From the NCBI GenBank assembly GCA_964106915.2, contig OZ066915.1: a DNA stretch of 64,000 nt; one strand, 5' to 3'. The position numbers and the translations under genes are program-made. Of this stretch, positions 50,351 through 62,644 are shown piece after piece. The DNA is from Podarcis gaigeae. Its lineage: Eukaryota. The notes beneath the pieces are model-generated. The model ran no database searches and was not told where the DNA came from. It saw nothing but the letters and a program-made list of their open reading frames with translations. How positions within the stretch are numbered: the first letter of the stretch is position 1; each line of letters starts with the position of its first letter.

Positions 50351-52144
50351 ACAGGCTAGGCAGGAAAAAAAAAATAAATTAACTGAAACATAAGTAGAGC
50401 AGAAAGGTCCAAAAGTACTTCAAAAAGGAAGGAGGCAGCTATATCTAGCACAGCACACCTTAGCTGTATTGTTTTAATTGTGTAGTTTCCTTTCTACACT
50501 TGGTAGAAGCAATATAAACATGCATGGGAGAGGGACAGAAACCATGACAAATGCATATTTATACTTGACCTAAGAGAGGTGCTTGTTAAATTCAATCGAT
50601 ACACACAATTCTGAGCTAGTTACTTTCCCCCTCACTATGCAATGAAGTGAATGAATAATCTCGGGGGGGGGGGGGGAGAATCCCATGTAGGTAATAAGCA
50701 ACGTGAGTTGTAGAGAGCCACTGACCTGGGTTGAATCTAGAAACATACAAAAAACGCTGTGAAAGTGCTTTTTTAAAAGCATTTTGAAAAATATATTGAA
50801 TTTGCCATAAGCTTGCCATTGCCATCTAGTGTCACATTTGTATAATGCACTTAAAACACACGTAAAACATTATGTTTGCAGCTGTATAGCTGAATCCCCG
50901 CTACACATATAACACCAAGCCAAACCATGCCTTAGTGGGAATGTGCAGACTCTCGGAGAGGCAATTGTGGGTGCTTTTCAAATTCTCTGCTCCTGCTGCG
51001 CTGTTCTGAGCCAAGCAATGGTTTGGCTCCATCTTTTTGTCTACACCCAGGGCTGGTGGTTTCTTTTGCTCTAGACAATCATGAGCCCAGGTTTGGACAA
51101 CACACTAAGCCAATATCATTGGTTTAGCTCAGAACAGTAGCAAACAGGGCCAGAAGAGGAGCAAAGCAGCTGGGACTTCTCCAGGAAGGAGCCTGTGCAT
51201 TCAGGCTAAGTCATGGTTTGGATGAATATTACATGAGAACAGAGCCACTGTCTCAGAATGGTGGAATGAATATGTTGGATGGTCAAAGCTAAAAAAAGAG
51301 AGAATTTTTTTCTACTCGAGATCTCTGAAAGAATTTAAACAACCACCTGCAATGTGGATTCTAAAGAAATCTCCATCTCGCATTTAGGATCACTGAAGGG
51401 GCCAATCAACAGAGATTTACTCTGAAGACAGAGACCATCAGTGGAATGCATCAAAATCGGGTGGACATTCATATGCCTGTTAACATATTTTTCACATAAA
51501 TTGGTCATAGGAGGTTACAAATCACTTCTCAATCAGTTCTAATCTAATGAATGCAACAGTTGCCAAATGAAGGCAAACTCATCCCATAACAACTCTCTGT
51601 CTATAGACCATTCAGCTCAACAAGTTCACATTTTCTCTGATCATCAAGTATCATATCTTTTGTGCCACAGTGCTACTGGCAATTTGCTTTCTTAACTGTG
51701 GGATCACACACTTTCACTGAGCCACTGCCTCCTTCCTGACATATATTTTAGGGAAACATGAACACCAGACATGGAATTATGGTTAAGGCTAAGCAGGTAC
51801 TTCACTTAATTGGTATTCTTCTGGCACCTGAAGATGGTTAAGAATATTGGTTAAGCAGGGCACCAACTCAAGCCCTAATTGCAATCAACACTGGTGCAAG
51901 TATTTCTCTTACGTGTGGGTAAGGGAAAATGTGCTCTCAATACAGAGGAGGCTGCAGAAGGAGTACAAGGGTGCATAGTTCCCGAAAGCTCACTACCATT
52001 ATCTTAATCACATCAGCGGATTATCATCTTAACAAGACTGTCAAAACAGTCTAGAGAAATTCTGAATAAAAGAACTTTCCAAAGAAGTTTGATGTTCTGT
52101 GAAGCAGTTTGATATTATCAGCCAAACGATGCCAGCATACATAC

Positions 52145-52295
52145 CTTTTTGGCAACAGATCCTTCTCCCAGAACACAGTTTCTCTCTGGGCACTCACATG
52201 TGATTTTTGCCGGCTCAACCTTCTCAGGAAACACATAGAGACACCTTTCTCCAAGTTGCCGCTCAGCATGGTCAAAGCACCCCAGGCGCTTTACC
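52145..52295 (-). CDS. UBE2O: UBE2O exon 8
   Basis: tgacag|G...AAG|gtatgt; (R)VKRLGCFDHAERQLGERCLYVFPEKVEPAKITCECPERNCVLGEGSVAKK; 151 nt. Confidence 0.96.
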
Positions 52296-52807
52296 CTGTC
52301 AAAAACAAGGTGACCGTGATACCACCTTACTGCTGACTGATACAGTTTCCCCCGAAGTCCTAGCACTGCCTGACACCTCTACAGGGGCTTTCATATACTT
52401 ACAAGACGATAACTTTTTTTGGGGGGGGACTGTTTAGGAGACAATGACAGTACTTCCTCATTTTACATGGGTTTAGGCTTAATTCAACAGTGCAAAAGTA
52501 TTTGTTAATGCAGGACAAAGGGGAATGTTCTCTTATATGAAGCATACTATGATGTTTGAATGTGCAGGAGGAAAATAAGCAGATTGTTAAAGTCCTTTTG
52601 CTCTGTAACAGCACACAAACAGCTGCACACATGCCATTTCAGATTATTAGATCATTCACCATCCCACCTCAAATGTTTGCACTAAATACTATAGCAATAA
52701 CTTTGTTTTCATCCAAGTAAACTATTGCTTTTCTGGTAGCAGCCTTCTGGCAGAAAGTAATTTCATGGGGGAGTGCTTTTAGGGTATTAATATGAAGAAC
52801 TCCTTAC

Positions 52808-52917
52808 CTAGACAAGTTCTCTTGGGTGATTAAAGATGGTGGGGGACTTATACTATCTGTACCTCCAGGACAGAAACTTTTAGTGATCCAGGTCACTTTC
52901 AACTCCACCACCTGCAC
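52808..52917 (-). CDS. UBE2O: UBE2O exon 7
   Basis: ccttag|GTG...TCTAG|gtaagg; VQVVELKVTWITKSFCPGGTDSISPPPSLITQENLS(R); 110 nt. Confidence 0.96.
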
Positions 52918-53539
52918 CTAAGGAAAACAAGGCAGAGGAGAGAAGTGAATGGTTTTAGAAAATTTCACGAGATTAAATATCAAGTAGCATTTTTTTACTG
53001 AAGTTGTTAAGACACTCATACTTTGGTATCTTTTGTCCAACTCACAGAATGCCTTTAGTTTGTCTAGGACTATTATCTTGGTTTTGGTGCTGCATAACCG
53101 TATCAGACCTAAGTAGCTATAGCATGAAGAAGCAGTTATTTGCTTTTTGGAAACAATCCAAACAAACCTGTTTTTTATCTAGCTGGCATCACTTACTGAG
53201 GATTGTTCCATTCATATACCAACATTGGTACAATCTAAAATGAAGGCTATTTTCATCCTACAGATTTTTCATGGCTGGGCTTGAGTGGGGACTCAAATCA
53301 AAGAACCAATCAGGGAGTGGAAGTGAAAATGGGGTCATTTCTAGTTTAACCAAAGCACAAATGATAGACGAGGTCCTCACTCACGAGTTGTACATAATTT
53401 AAAAACAAATATTGTTTCTAAACTTTTGTAGAATATTTTTTCATCACGTTTGGTTCAAAGGACACAAGGCAATTTGTTTTACGGAAAACTCCAGGCAAGG
53501 CAATGATCCCTTAACACAGTCAAGTTCACTGAGCCATAC

Positions 53540-53683
53540 CTCTTCCACCACCACTCTGAACTTGCTCTTTGTGCTAAGAACAGGTTTCACTCCTGAAAGC
53601 CACTGCACATTAGAGAAGACTTTTGATGGGCCAATGAGAACTTGCCCGGGGTAAAAGCCATATGAATCATCGAAGAAGAGGCC
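53540..53683 (-). CDS. UBE2O: UBE2O exon 6
   Basis: tttcag|GGC...GAG|gtatgg; GLFFDDSYGFYPGQVLIGPSKVFSNVQWLSGVKPVLSTKSKFRVVVEE; 144 nt. Confidence 0.97.
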
Positions 53684-54184
53684 CTGAAAAGAAGAAGCAA
53701 TACAAGAGAGAAGTGCAAGTCAGAGCCAGGTATGATTAAGACCACATTTTGTCTGCGTTCCGGGTCCAATGCTAGTCACTAACAAAATTCTTAAGTGAAC
53801 AGAACTTATTCTAAGATTCATTGGTCCTGAAGTGCTCTTTCTCTGCTACAGTCAACCACAACAGCAGTTTCTAAGGCAACTAGGGAAATCTTAGGTACGA
53901 AGGATAATGAATAGTGGAGGAAACATCATAAGGTACTAGAAACGAACAGCTCCTAGTTTCATTTGAATTACTTCAGTACCAAGTAGCAGGTGGAAAATCT
54001 ACCATGAAAATATGATTGAATTATCTTCAGTGGCTTCTGGAGTTCTTGCATTCAGCGGCTCTATTTCCCTAGTTATAAAGGTTGAAACAATTGTTCCTAA
54101 CATAGGAAATTTCAAACAGGCAAGGTGGACATCTGAACAGTGTGAGAGCTGTATATTTTTTGACACCCGTAATAACAACAATGT

Positions 54185-54475
54185 GATAATAATAATTTAT
54201 TATTTATATGCGGTTCATCTGAGTGGGTTGACCCAGCCTCTCTGGGAAGCTTCCAACAAATTAAAAACATTAAGCACAGTAAAGCATCAAAAATTAAAAA
54301 CTTCCCTATACAGAGCTGCATTCAGATGTCTTCTAAAAGTCAGATAGTTGTTTATTTCCTTGACATTTGATGGAAGGCCGTTCCACTGGAGAGGGGGGTG
54401 CTACTACTGAGAAGGCCCTCCGCTTGTCTCCTTGTAACCTCACTTCTCGTAATGAGGGAACCGCCACAAGGCACT
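54185..54475 (-). mobile_element. L2-type LINE 3' end
   Basis: Reverse complement of the 35770-36050 family (ttcagatgtcttctaaaagtcagatagttgtttatttccttgacat). Confidence 0.75.
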
Positions 54476-54879
54476 CAGAGCACTTACTGACATTTTCTAC
54501 TGATAGCTAATCCATCTTTGCAAATTGCTAAATTCTTTGCTATAACATTTTCCTTTTGGTAAGGTGTTTCACAGTTCAGTAATCCTCAAATTAAATACAG
54601 ACTTTGCTTTTGGAGGCACTGTGACTTGGCCTCTACATTTTAGGCTGATTTGGAGGTTCTAGGTGTGGGCTTTTCCTTTTATACCTTTCCCTTCCCATAT
54701 ACGTCTCAAAAGTACTCAAACGTACCCATCTCCTGCAACTTTTTCCATTCTCCTTTCACACATGCTACAGTGGTTAGGGGGCTGGGCTGTGGAGGCTGTG
54801 GTACTGAGGCCCACTGGTGGGTCCTGGTCCACCATTTGAGAGTAAGCTGATCTGTTGATTAATGATGTATTCTGTGTTT

Positions 54880-55420
54880 GTGCTCTATATGGGGCTACAA
54901 CTAATCCAGAATGTGGCTGCCAGAATGGTGACTTGGAGCGGCCACCGGGACCATATTACAGTACACTGGTCCGGAAAGACCCACACTGAATTGTGCTTCG
55001 AAATGTACTTGGAGTCAAACTATTAGTGCTGACCTTTAAAGCCCTAAACGGCCTCTGCACTGTATACCTAAAGTAGTGTCTCCAACCCCATCATTCAGCT
55101 CATACAATGAGATCCAGCACCAAGGGCCTTCTGGCGATTCCCTCACTGCGAGAAGTGAGGTTAAGGGAACCAGGCAAGAGGGCCTTCTCAGCAGTGGCAC
55201 CCACCCCGTGGAATGCCATCCCATCAGATGTCAAAGAGATAAGTAACTATATAACCTTTAGAAGACACCTGAAGGAAGCTCTGTATCAGGAAGTTGTTTA
55301 TGAATGATGTTTCATTGTATTTTTATATATTCTGTTGGAAGCTACCCAGAGTGGCTGGGGCAACCCAGTTAGATGGGCAGGGTATAAGTAAATAAGTAAA
55401 TAAATAAATAAATAAGTAGC
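54880..55420 (+). mobile_element. L2-type LINE 3' portion with (TAAA)n tail
   Basis: caactaatccagaatgtggctgccaga...gacctttaaagccctaaacggc...agggccttctcagcagtggcaccc...gtataagtaaataagtaaataaataaa. Confidence 0.78.
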
Positions 55421-55719
55421 AATAATAATGATGATTATGATGATGCTGGTGTACAGACATTTTTGTTAAAAAATGAATAAATATTCTTATATGAAAACAT
55501 GTACTTTCTCCCACATAAATAGAAGGCTGTCAATCACTGTGGCGGGGGGGGGAGAGGCACTTTACTATTGTTGTGGTAGCAACAAAGCCTGCTCCTTACC
55601 TCCAAATTTCCAACGCTGGATAATCCATCAGATAGATGTGAACCCCACAAGTGGGGCCCATATGATAAAAGGTATCTCTACAAACTGAGAACTATTCTAA
55701 CAAAGAGGAGGGAACTTAC

Positions 55720-55783
55720 TGAGTCGCTGACATGTGGACAGACATCATAGAGCTTTGCTGCATCCTCTGTGCTCATAGAACAC
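55720..55783 (-). CDS. UBE2O: UBE2O exon 5
   Basis: ccttag|G...TCA|gtaagt; (R)CSMSTEDAAKLYDVCPHVSDS; 64 nt. Confidence 0.95.
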
Positions 55784-56064
55784 CTAAGGAAAAGCAATAA
55801 TTGTTAAAAACACCCACAGAGATTTTGCAAGAGTCAGCACTACTTTCTTAGTGGCAAATATGTGTTAGCATGCTCTTATATCTAGATTTAACAACACTAA
55901 GCCATGCAGTTGGAAAATATTGGATATCATTCCATTTTAAAAGTACTATTCAATGTGTTTAACCTGGAATAGATACAGGGATGCTTTGAGAAATGTTATA
56001 GGTCAGGAGCAAACTATCATATTCCTTATGACAATTTTGTAGGATTTGCACAGGCAGCCTATAT

Positions 56065-56824
56065 TAGGGGTGAGGAAGCTGCAGTCTGCAAGGCCTAATT
56101 AGGCCCACCAGTCCCTTTTGCCCAAGTCTCACTTATCTGCCCTTTGCCTGATGTAATATATGACATCAGGTGTAGGACCAGTAAAGCTGTAGCTGGATCA
56201 AAATGGGGCTCGGCTAATTGGTGGCACCTGCAAAGTCCTGTGTCATGTACTTTGACGCCCCCCCATTATCAGCTGATTGTCTGTGCTTGAAGAAAGCCCT
56301 GCATGGCCAAAGCTTCAACAATCAACTGGAATTGGCTGTGAAAGGGAGGTCCCCCCCTTTTTAAAAATCTCCTTAGTGCTGTCGAGGGGACTGCAGGAAG
56401 CAGCTTAGATTCAAAGTGATTCCTTCAATGCTTTGAATGCAAACTGCTTTCTCTGGGGGGAAAAAAATCAGTTTAAAAACTGAGCTTTTTTTTCTTTCCA
56501 GAGAAGGCAGTTTTCTTCAAACCAATGGAGGAAGCATTTTGAAGGTGAACTGCTTTCTCCACAGAAGGCAAGATGCTCAATTTTTAGGAACATTTTGCCC
56601 CCCTGCAGAGACTCCAAAGGGGCTCCCTGTCACCAACGATCAGCTGATGGACAGTCGCAGCAACCTGCTTTGAGCTTTGTCTGGTGTCAATCACCTGTTG
56701 CCATTGTGACATCAGATGATTCACTGGTGGGTGGTTCTGCCTAGCTGTTGAAGTTGGGCTACACATGTGAAGAAGGGGGAGATACTGATCAGGTTCACTG
56801 ACCAAATCAAGGTATTCACACCTG
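56065..56824. mobile_element. 760-bp hAT-type non-autonomous element
   Basis: TAGGGGTGAGG...ttcacacCTG ends; perfect 8-bp TSD GCCTATAT (56057-56064 / 56825-56832). Confidence 0.8.
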
Positions 56825-57294
56825 GCCTATATTTTACTGGGTCAAATTCAAGGTGCTAACTTTAAAGGCTTGATGTGGGACCTGGGTATTTGTTGTAGCA
56901 TCTCTCCTCATACCAAACTACCTGAGTCCAGAGAACCAGTCTCTTTTTTTTGGGGGGGGGGGGCTTCAGATGCTTGCCTGCATAGCTGAGCGCACAAGCA
57001 TAGGAAGATCTTTAGCAATATAACTGCCCGGTCCTGTGAGTGTTTATGCAGACGTTCTATCAAGTTTAATGGGACTTGACCATGAAGTCAAGGTGCACAG
57101 GATAGCTGAAATCTGCCACCCTTCCCTTACCCGGCGCCCCCTCCAGTTGTTTTGGATGACAACTCCCATCAGCTCAAGCCAGTATAGCCGAAGAGAGTTG
57201 AAATAATAATTAAAAAAACATATGGGAAGGCTGTCTTACATTTACTCAACCAAGAAATTAAAGGCATGCTCTGTAACAGAAGCAACAGACATAC

Positions 57295-57392
57295 CTGGCA
57301 CCATTAGAGAGCTTCAGGATGATTTGGTTCTTTAAATCATACACTTTCCCAAGCCACCAGTCATAGGCAATGCAGTCACCGTACATGAAAGG
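57295..57392 (-). CDS. UBE2O: UBE2O exon 4
   Basis: cctcag|CCT...GCCAG|gtatgt; PFMYGDCIAYDWWLGKVYDLKNQIILKLSNGA(R); 98 nt. Confidence 0.96.
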
Positions 57393-58707
57393 CTGAGGGG
57401 TAGAAGAAAGTTATGATGCCTGCTTCCTTGGTTCACATAGTCACAACTAGAGAACGTTGTTCAGCTCATGGAATAAAATGAACTGAAGTTCAGGATTAGG
57501 GTACACCCGGCATATAAAAGAATTTTAACACTTGTACATTTCCCAGATTACTGAAATAGGTTTTTCCGCCACCCCACCATACTACAAGATTGGGTAGATG
57601 GAAAAGTGTGTTGCTGACAAATTTCATGGCATAGATAAACAGTAACGTATCAAGTATATTGGGTAAACTCCAGGGTAATCTCACAATCACAGTTAAGTGA
57701 TTGAGGAAGCGCAACTGCCCTTCTTTCTTACAATCAATTCGGAGTTGCATCTCTCTGCCTTGTTAAGAATGCCAGCAGAAATATTTATATTCGTTTGGGA
57801 AGGTTTCAGGCTATAGCCAAAACCATTTTGTAGACCCATTCCCTGCCCCCTTTGACAAAAACAGTAAAAAATGAAATAAAGGTAGGAAATATCTAGAATG
57901 AACAAACGAACTCAGAAGTTACAGGGAGCCAGTTCCTGTATATTTTTTACGTACATACTTTGTTCCTTTAAAGATTTTACTAACACCATGTTTTAACTGT
58001 ACTGCAGCTCAGGATCACGCTGTTGCCGTGGGACTGCCTTGATCAAGTGATCATCCCAGCTAATCACTATGCAGAAACTTCTCACCCCATTTGTTATAGA
58101 CTAAGCCTTTGCTCAGTCTGACAGAAGCTAGCAACGTATTCAGAAAAGAACTAGTGTGGCCGTAATGCAAATATTGCATCATTTACTTCAAATATTTATA
58201 TACCACCCTTCAACATTAAAAGTTCCAGGGCAGCAGTTTACAGAGATTAACAATTAAAAACAATTAGAAAGTATGACAGCAGATAAAGAACTCCTTAAAA
58301 TTAAGTCAGAGTAGATAACTAAGCCAGTGACAAACTGGGATTAGTTTTACTTTGTCTTTATAGTACCAGAGAAATTAGGTTTGCTTGGCCCCAGGAAAGG
58401 CTTCCCAGATTCAGGATACTACAACGAAAAAGGTCATAATCCATGTAAGAGAACCCAGGGAAGTGCCTTACAACTAACATCTTAATGTGCAGACAAGTTT
58501 ATGTGGTAGTAAGCAGTCCTTCAGGTCTCTGAATTGCATCTCATGTCGGGCTTAGAAGCATTACTCTCTTCAGAGAAGACTCTAGTCTTGTTAAAAGAAA
58601 CCACTCACATCAGGGGATGTAACATCATCTCTGCCTGTTCCTGATTAAATCTGTTAAGTTGTTAGCTTTCCTGCTGTGTGAGGATAAGTAGTATTAAACA
58701 CACTCAC

Positions 58708-58818
58708 CCAGATATTCTGAAGATCTTTGCTGTTGACCGGATAAAGGATACAGTTGGTCCCCACCAGTTTTACGGCACACTCTATATTCACATCAATTAC
58801 TGTTCCACACTGGCTGTC
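58708..58818 (-). CDS. UBE2O: UBE2O exon 3
   Basis: ttccag|GAC...TGG|gtgagt; DSQCGTVIDVNIECAVKLVGTNCILYPVNSKDLQNIW; 111 nt. Confidence 0.96.
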
Positions 58819-59907
58819 CTGGAAAGGTGAACGAAAGGTTTTTCAACTGCAGGACACATAGGTTGTGCACAAACAGACAGCCCTGAAAGTTTCACCTGCT
58901 ATTTATCAACAGAACATGAATTCGAGACCCAAGAAAAAAAAGCAAAAAACAGAGTCCCTTTTATGCCTTATTTCTTGAGAGAATTATTGCCTGCTTGACC
59001 TCCTGTCAACCTTCTTTGGAACCCAGTTTATATAGGTTCCTTTCCCTGCAAGTTGGGGACCCCTGTACATCATCAGAAAATTTGCTTGCTAATCTAGATG
59101 GTACCTGCCTAATAAGTAAGCTCTCAGACCAAGACTGGTCTCTTCATTTTACCCACAAGCTGAACGAAAGTAATGTAGTAATTTCTGTAGAAAGTCGGCA
59201 TTCTCTCAACCTCACTATATTGCAATATGGGGATAAGACTAATGTAACAATATTCAGGTATCGTGCTCTTTCAAACACTGCAGAAATGTCAGATATTTTG
59301 CCCGCTATCTGCAGAACAAATATCAGAGCAAAGTATTAATTAATAAATAAGCCTTGTTTATTGTGTCGCTTTGAGCCTGTAAAGAAAAGCTCAATTGTGC
59401 CTGCATACTGTTTGGCTTGCCGAGGAAGAGGATATGAACCCAGATGCATCATTAACTCATAACTCAACTAATTCTTAGTCAACTGGCAGCTGCTGTAATA
59501 ACCTATTTTTATTTATTAATGAGCATAGTCCATTACAAAATGCAGCTGATGGCTGGGTTCTGTAGCTGTTCCCAAACATCAGGGTCTATTAATGGAAACA
59601 CACATAGACACACACACACTTTGGAGGGTTGGTGCTTTATAATATATGAATTAGCTCACTAACCATATCATGATGCTTTTCTCCCTTCCTCCACCTACTG
59701 CTGAAACACATTTTTAAAATTGCTCTCATTGCTAAATAGGTGTCTTTGTTTATCCAGAAGGAGGACTCCAAAGGGGAAGAGGAGAACCTTTATGAACTAG
59801 TGTGGCCCAGAAAGTCTTTGGACATTACATGAACGTGGGGTGGGGTGTGGAATGCTCTGGGTTTCTGGGAAATGAGTAGACTCCCAATGCCGGGCTTTTA
59901 ACTTGTA

Positions 59908-60145
59908 CAGTGGTATCTTTGGATGCGAAGGGGATCTGTTCGGCAGCCCCGTTTGCATCCTGAAGCGAACGCAACCCGCATCTCCGGGTCGCTATTTGCT
60001 GCTTCCGCGCATGCGCCTGACGTCATTTTGAGCACATGCGCGAGCAGCAAAACCCAGAGGTAACATGCTCCGTTACTTCCGGGTCGCCACGGAGCGTAAC
60101 CTGAAAACGCTCAACCTGAAGCACATTTAACCTGAGGTATGACTG
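59908..60145. mobile_element. Tigger/pogo-like MITE, CpG-rich subfamily
   Basis: TA|CAGTGGTATC...GAGGTATGACTG|TA with aacctgaag subterminal repeats as in the other copies. Confidence 0.8.
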
Positions 60146-61518
60146 TAATACAGGTCAACTGGCACATTAACCTGCATTAACTTGTAATACAAGTCAGGAC
60201 CATGATTCAGAGAAGTACAAGCTATTTTGTTATATGTATGCCACTCTTTTCCTTCTCCCATTCTTCAAGTGTCTTGCTCTCCCCCTTTAAAAATGACCAA
60301 GGCCGGCTCATGGTCTGAGGTGGCAAGGTACATTTGGATGATGCTACCAACATAATGCTTTGTATTTTGTTTCTTAAAAAGGTAATATACTCGCCGTTCC
60401 CTGTATAGAATATCTTGCAGCTGCTGAGAACACAATCAATAAACACAAAAGTGCTAACTGCAACATAACCATGAGTTGGGTGGCTTTAAATCAGCTGGGG
60501 TTCAGAAATTCTCATGATCACCAAAAGCAGTTGAAAGAAACCTCAAAAAGAGTTCCAGGAAGAGTGTTTCCAACGTTAGCTACTACACGTCACTTGTTTT
60601 GGCAAGTACAGACATACTCAAGCATCCTAGCACATGTATTGTTCTCTTTTTCATCTGAATATTGTGTTGCATGTCTTTAAAAAAAATTATGATGGAAGGC
60701 AAGAATATTTAACTTCATACGTCTGAACTGGGGTGACAAAACAAGGCTGAGAGTGTTGAATCCCTCTTCAACAGTTCACAAGGCATCTCCACCATGAGAA
60801 TAACAAACACTGGTTAGTGTTTGTTACCCTCAGTGTTCATGCACGGCAACTGAATGTAAAACTGAACTGTGCAAATTAGATGCAAGGTGCATTGTGTCCC
60901 TCGGTATCACCCCTAATTGCCCTCACCCAATCCAGATGCGTTTTCAATATTGAGTTTGATATTGAGTTAAGAAACAATCAAACCCCCGACTCAGGATTTC
61001 ATGCTACCATCTTGCCATGGAAAAGAGAACAAGAGTGTTTACTAAATCCTGAATAAGGCTACTGATCGGACACAAACTGAAAGAGTACCATTAAATCTAC
61101 CTTTTCATTTTATAGCTACATTTGTTCCAGGACTCTGAGTAATGGTGCAAACTGCTCTCTGCAGAAATCAACATCTGAGCCACAGCGTCATTTGGAAAGG
61201 CTTACAGCAATGCACCTCCAATGCTGACACTGCTATTCTGGCCAAAAGGTTCAACGCACAAGATGCATATTAATATGGCTTTGGCTGCAGCTTTGCTATA
61301 ATGTGTTAAGACACTGCATTTGATTCTACAGAATGCCATGCCTGAAACACAGCAAATGAATTTTACAATACAGTCTGATCACATTCAAAGCCAAGTATTT
61401 CCTATGTTGCAGATTCAGACTATGCAATTTACTACTGCAATTTACTGCAATTTACTAATCTACTACTGAAACACTAGGCTTTGGTTTCTCGCGACTATAC
61501 ACAAAAAGCAGCACTTAC

Positions 61519-61578
61519 CCGTGAGCCCATGTGCCTGACAACATCCCGAGGTACCACTGACCGGTCTTCAAGCTTCAG
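61519..61578 (-). CDS. UBE2O: UBE2O exon 2 (exon 1 lies outside the window)
   Basis: tctcag|CTG...CGG|gtaagt; LKLEDRSVVPRDVVRHMGSR; 60 nt. Confidence 0.94.
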
Positions 61579-62260
61579 CTGAGAGGGAGGTGGTGGGGAA
61601 AAGACAAAAGAGAGAGAAAATAATTAAGATGGATCCTCACCATACCTTCATATGTACAACCTGATTTCGAATCAAGTGAACTACCAGGCTGGTATTTTTA
61701 AAAATTTTACATGTATAATATGTGTGTGTACACACACATTTTGTACCAATATAAGCTTTAGCTGCACAAAGAAGTAATTATCTGTACATTCATACAATGC
61801 TGCTGGTGTTCATAATTCCACTTTAGTGATGGACATGGCAACAAGACAAGACTATATGGGGTTTTATTTTGTTATTCCATCATTTAATTTTGTTTACTTC
61901 TTTCCCACCTTTCTTCCAAGAAGCTCAGACTTGCATAAATAGGTTCTCTGAACTTTTTCCATCCAGTTATTAGTATTGTTAGCATCAAATTGGAACTCGG
62001 GCTGCTCTTTGTATCTGGAATGAGTATCACTACATAGCATTTACTACTAGAAATGTAGTAGAAATCTTGCTCTCTATCAGATTCCTTAGAAAAAAACTAC
62101 ACGGGCCATTCTGATTAGCAGAGAGAAATATGTTTTACCTCTGCCCAGAGCAGAGACATTTCAAAGCACAGAGGAATGTGGATCACACAACAAGTTGTAA
62201 TTGATAGTGCTAGTTTGGAGCGTGTGGATTAAGAGGAAGATTCTAGGACTACTGCATATA

Positions 62261-62502
62261 CAGTGGTACCTCTGGTTACGTACTTAATTCGTTCCAGAGG
62301 TAAATTCTTAACCTGAAACTGTTCTTAACCTGAAACACCACTTTAGCTAATGGGGCCTCCCGCTGCTGCCACGCCACAACAGCACACTTTCTGTTCTCAT
62401 CCTGAAGCAAAGTTCTTAACCCAAGGTACTATTTCTGGGTTAGTGGAGTCTTTAACCTGAAGCGTATCTAACCTGAAGCGTATGTAACCCGAGGTACCAC
62501 TG
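62261..62502. mobile_element. Tigger/pogo-like MITE (same family as 45009-45204)
   Basis: TA|CAGTGGTACCTCTGGTTA...TAACCCGAGGTACCACTG|TA. Confidence 0.92.
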
Positions 62503-62599
62503 TAAAATGGTATGCATGCTTGCTTGGTCAGATGTGCCTCTATCTCCAGATTGTTTTTGGAGCAAAGCCATTTCCACAACATATTGTGCCAAATCTAAA

Positions 62600-62600
<1 letters not shown>

Positions 62601-62643
<43 letters not shown>
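62601..62643. repeat. (TAA)14 microsatellite
   Basis: Pure TAA run. Confidence 0.95.

Positions 62644-62644
<1 letters not shown>

Noticed and set aside
50662-50676. Poly-G runs (also ~56952 and ~47166) as G-quadruplex candidates
   Set aside because: Isolated homopolymers, common and error-prone in assemblies; nothing indicates function
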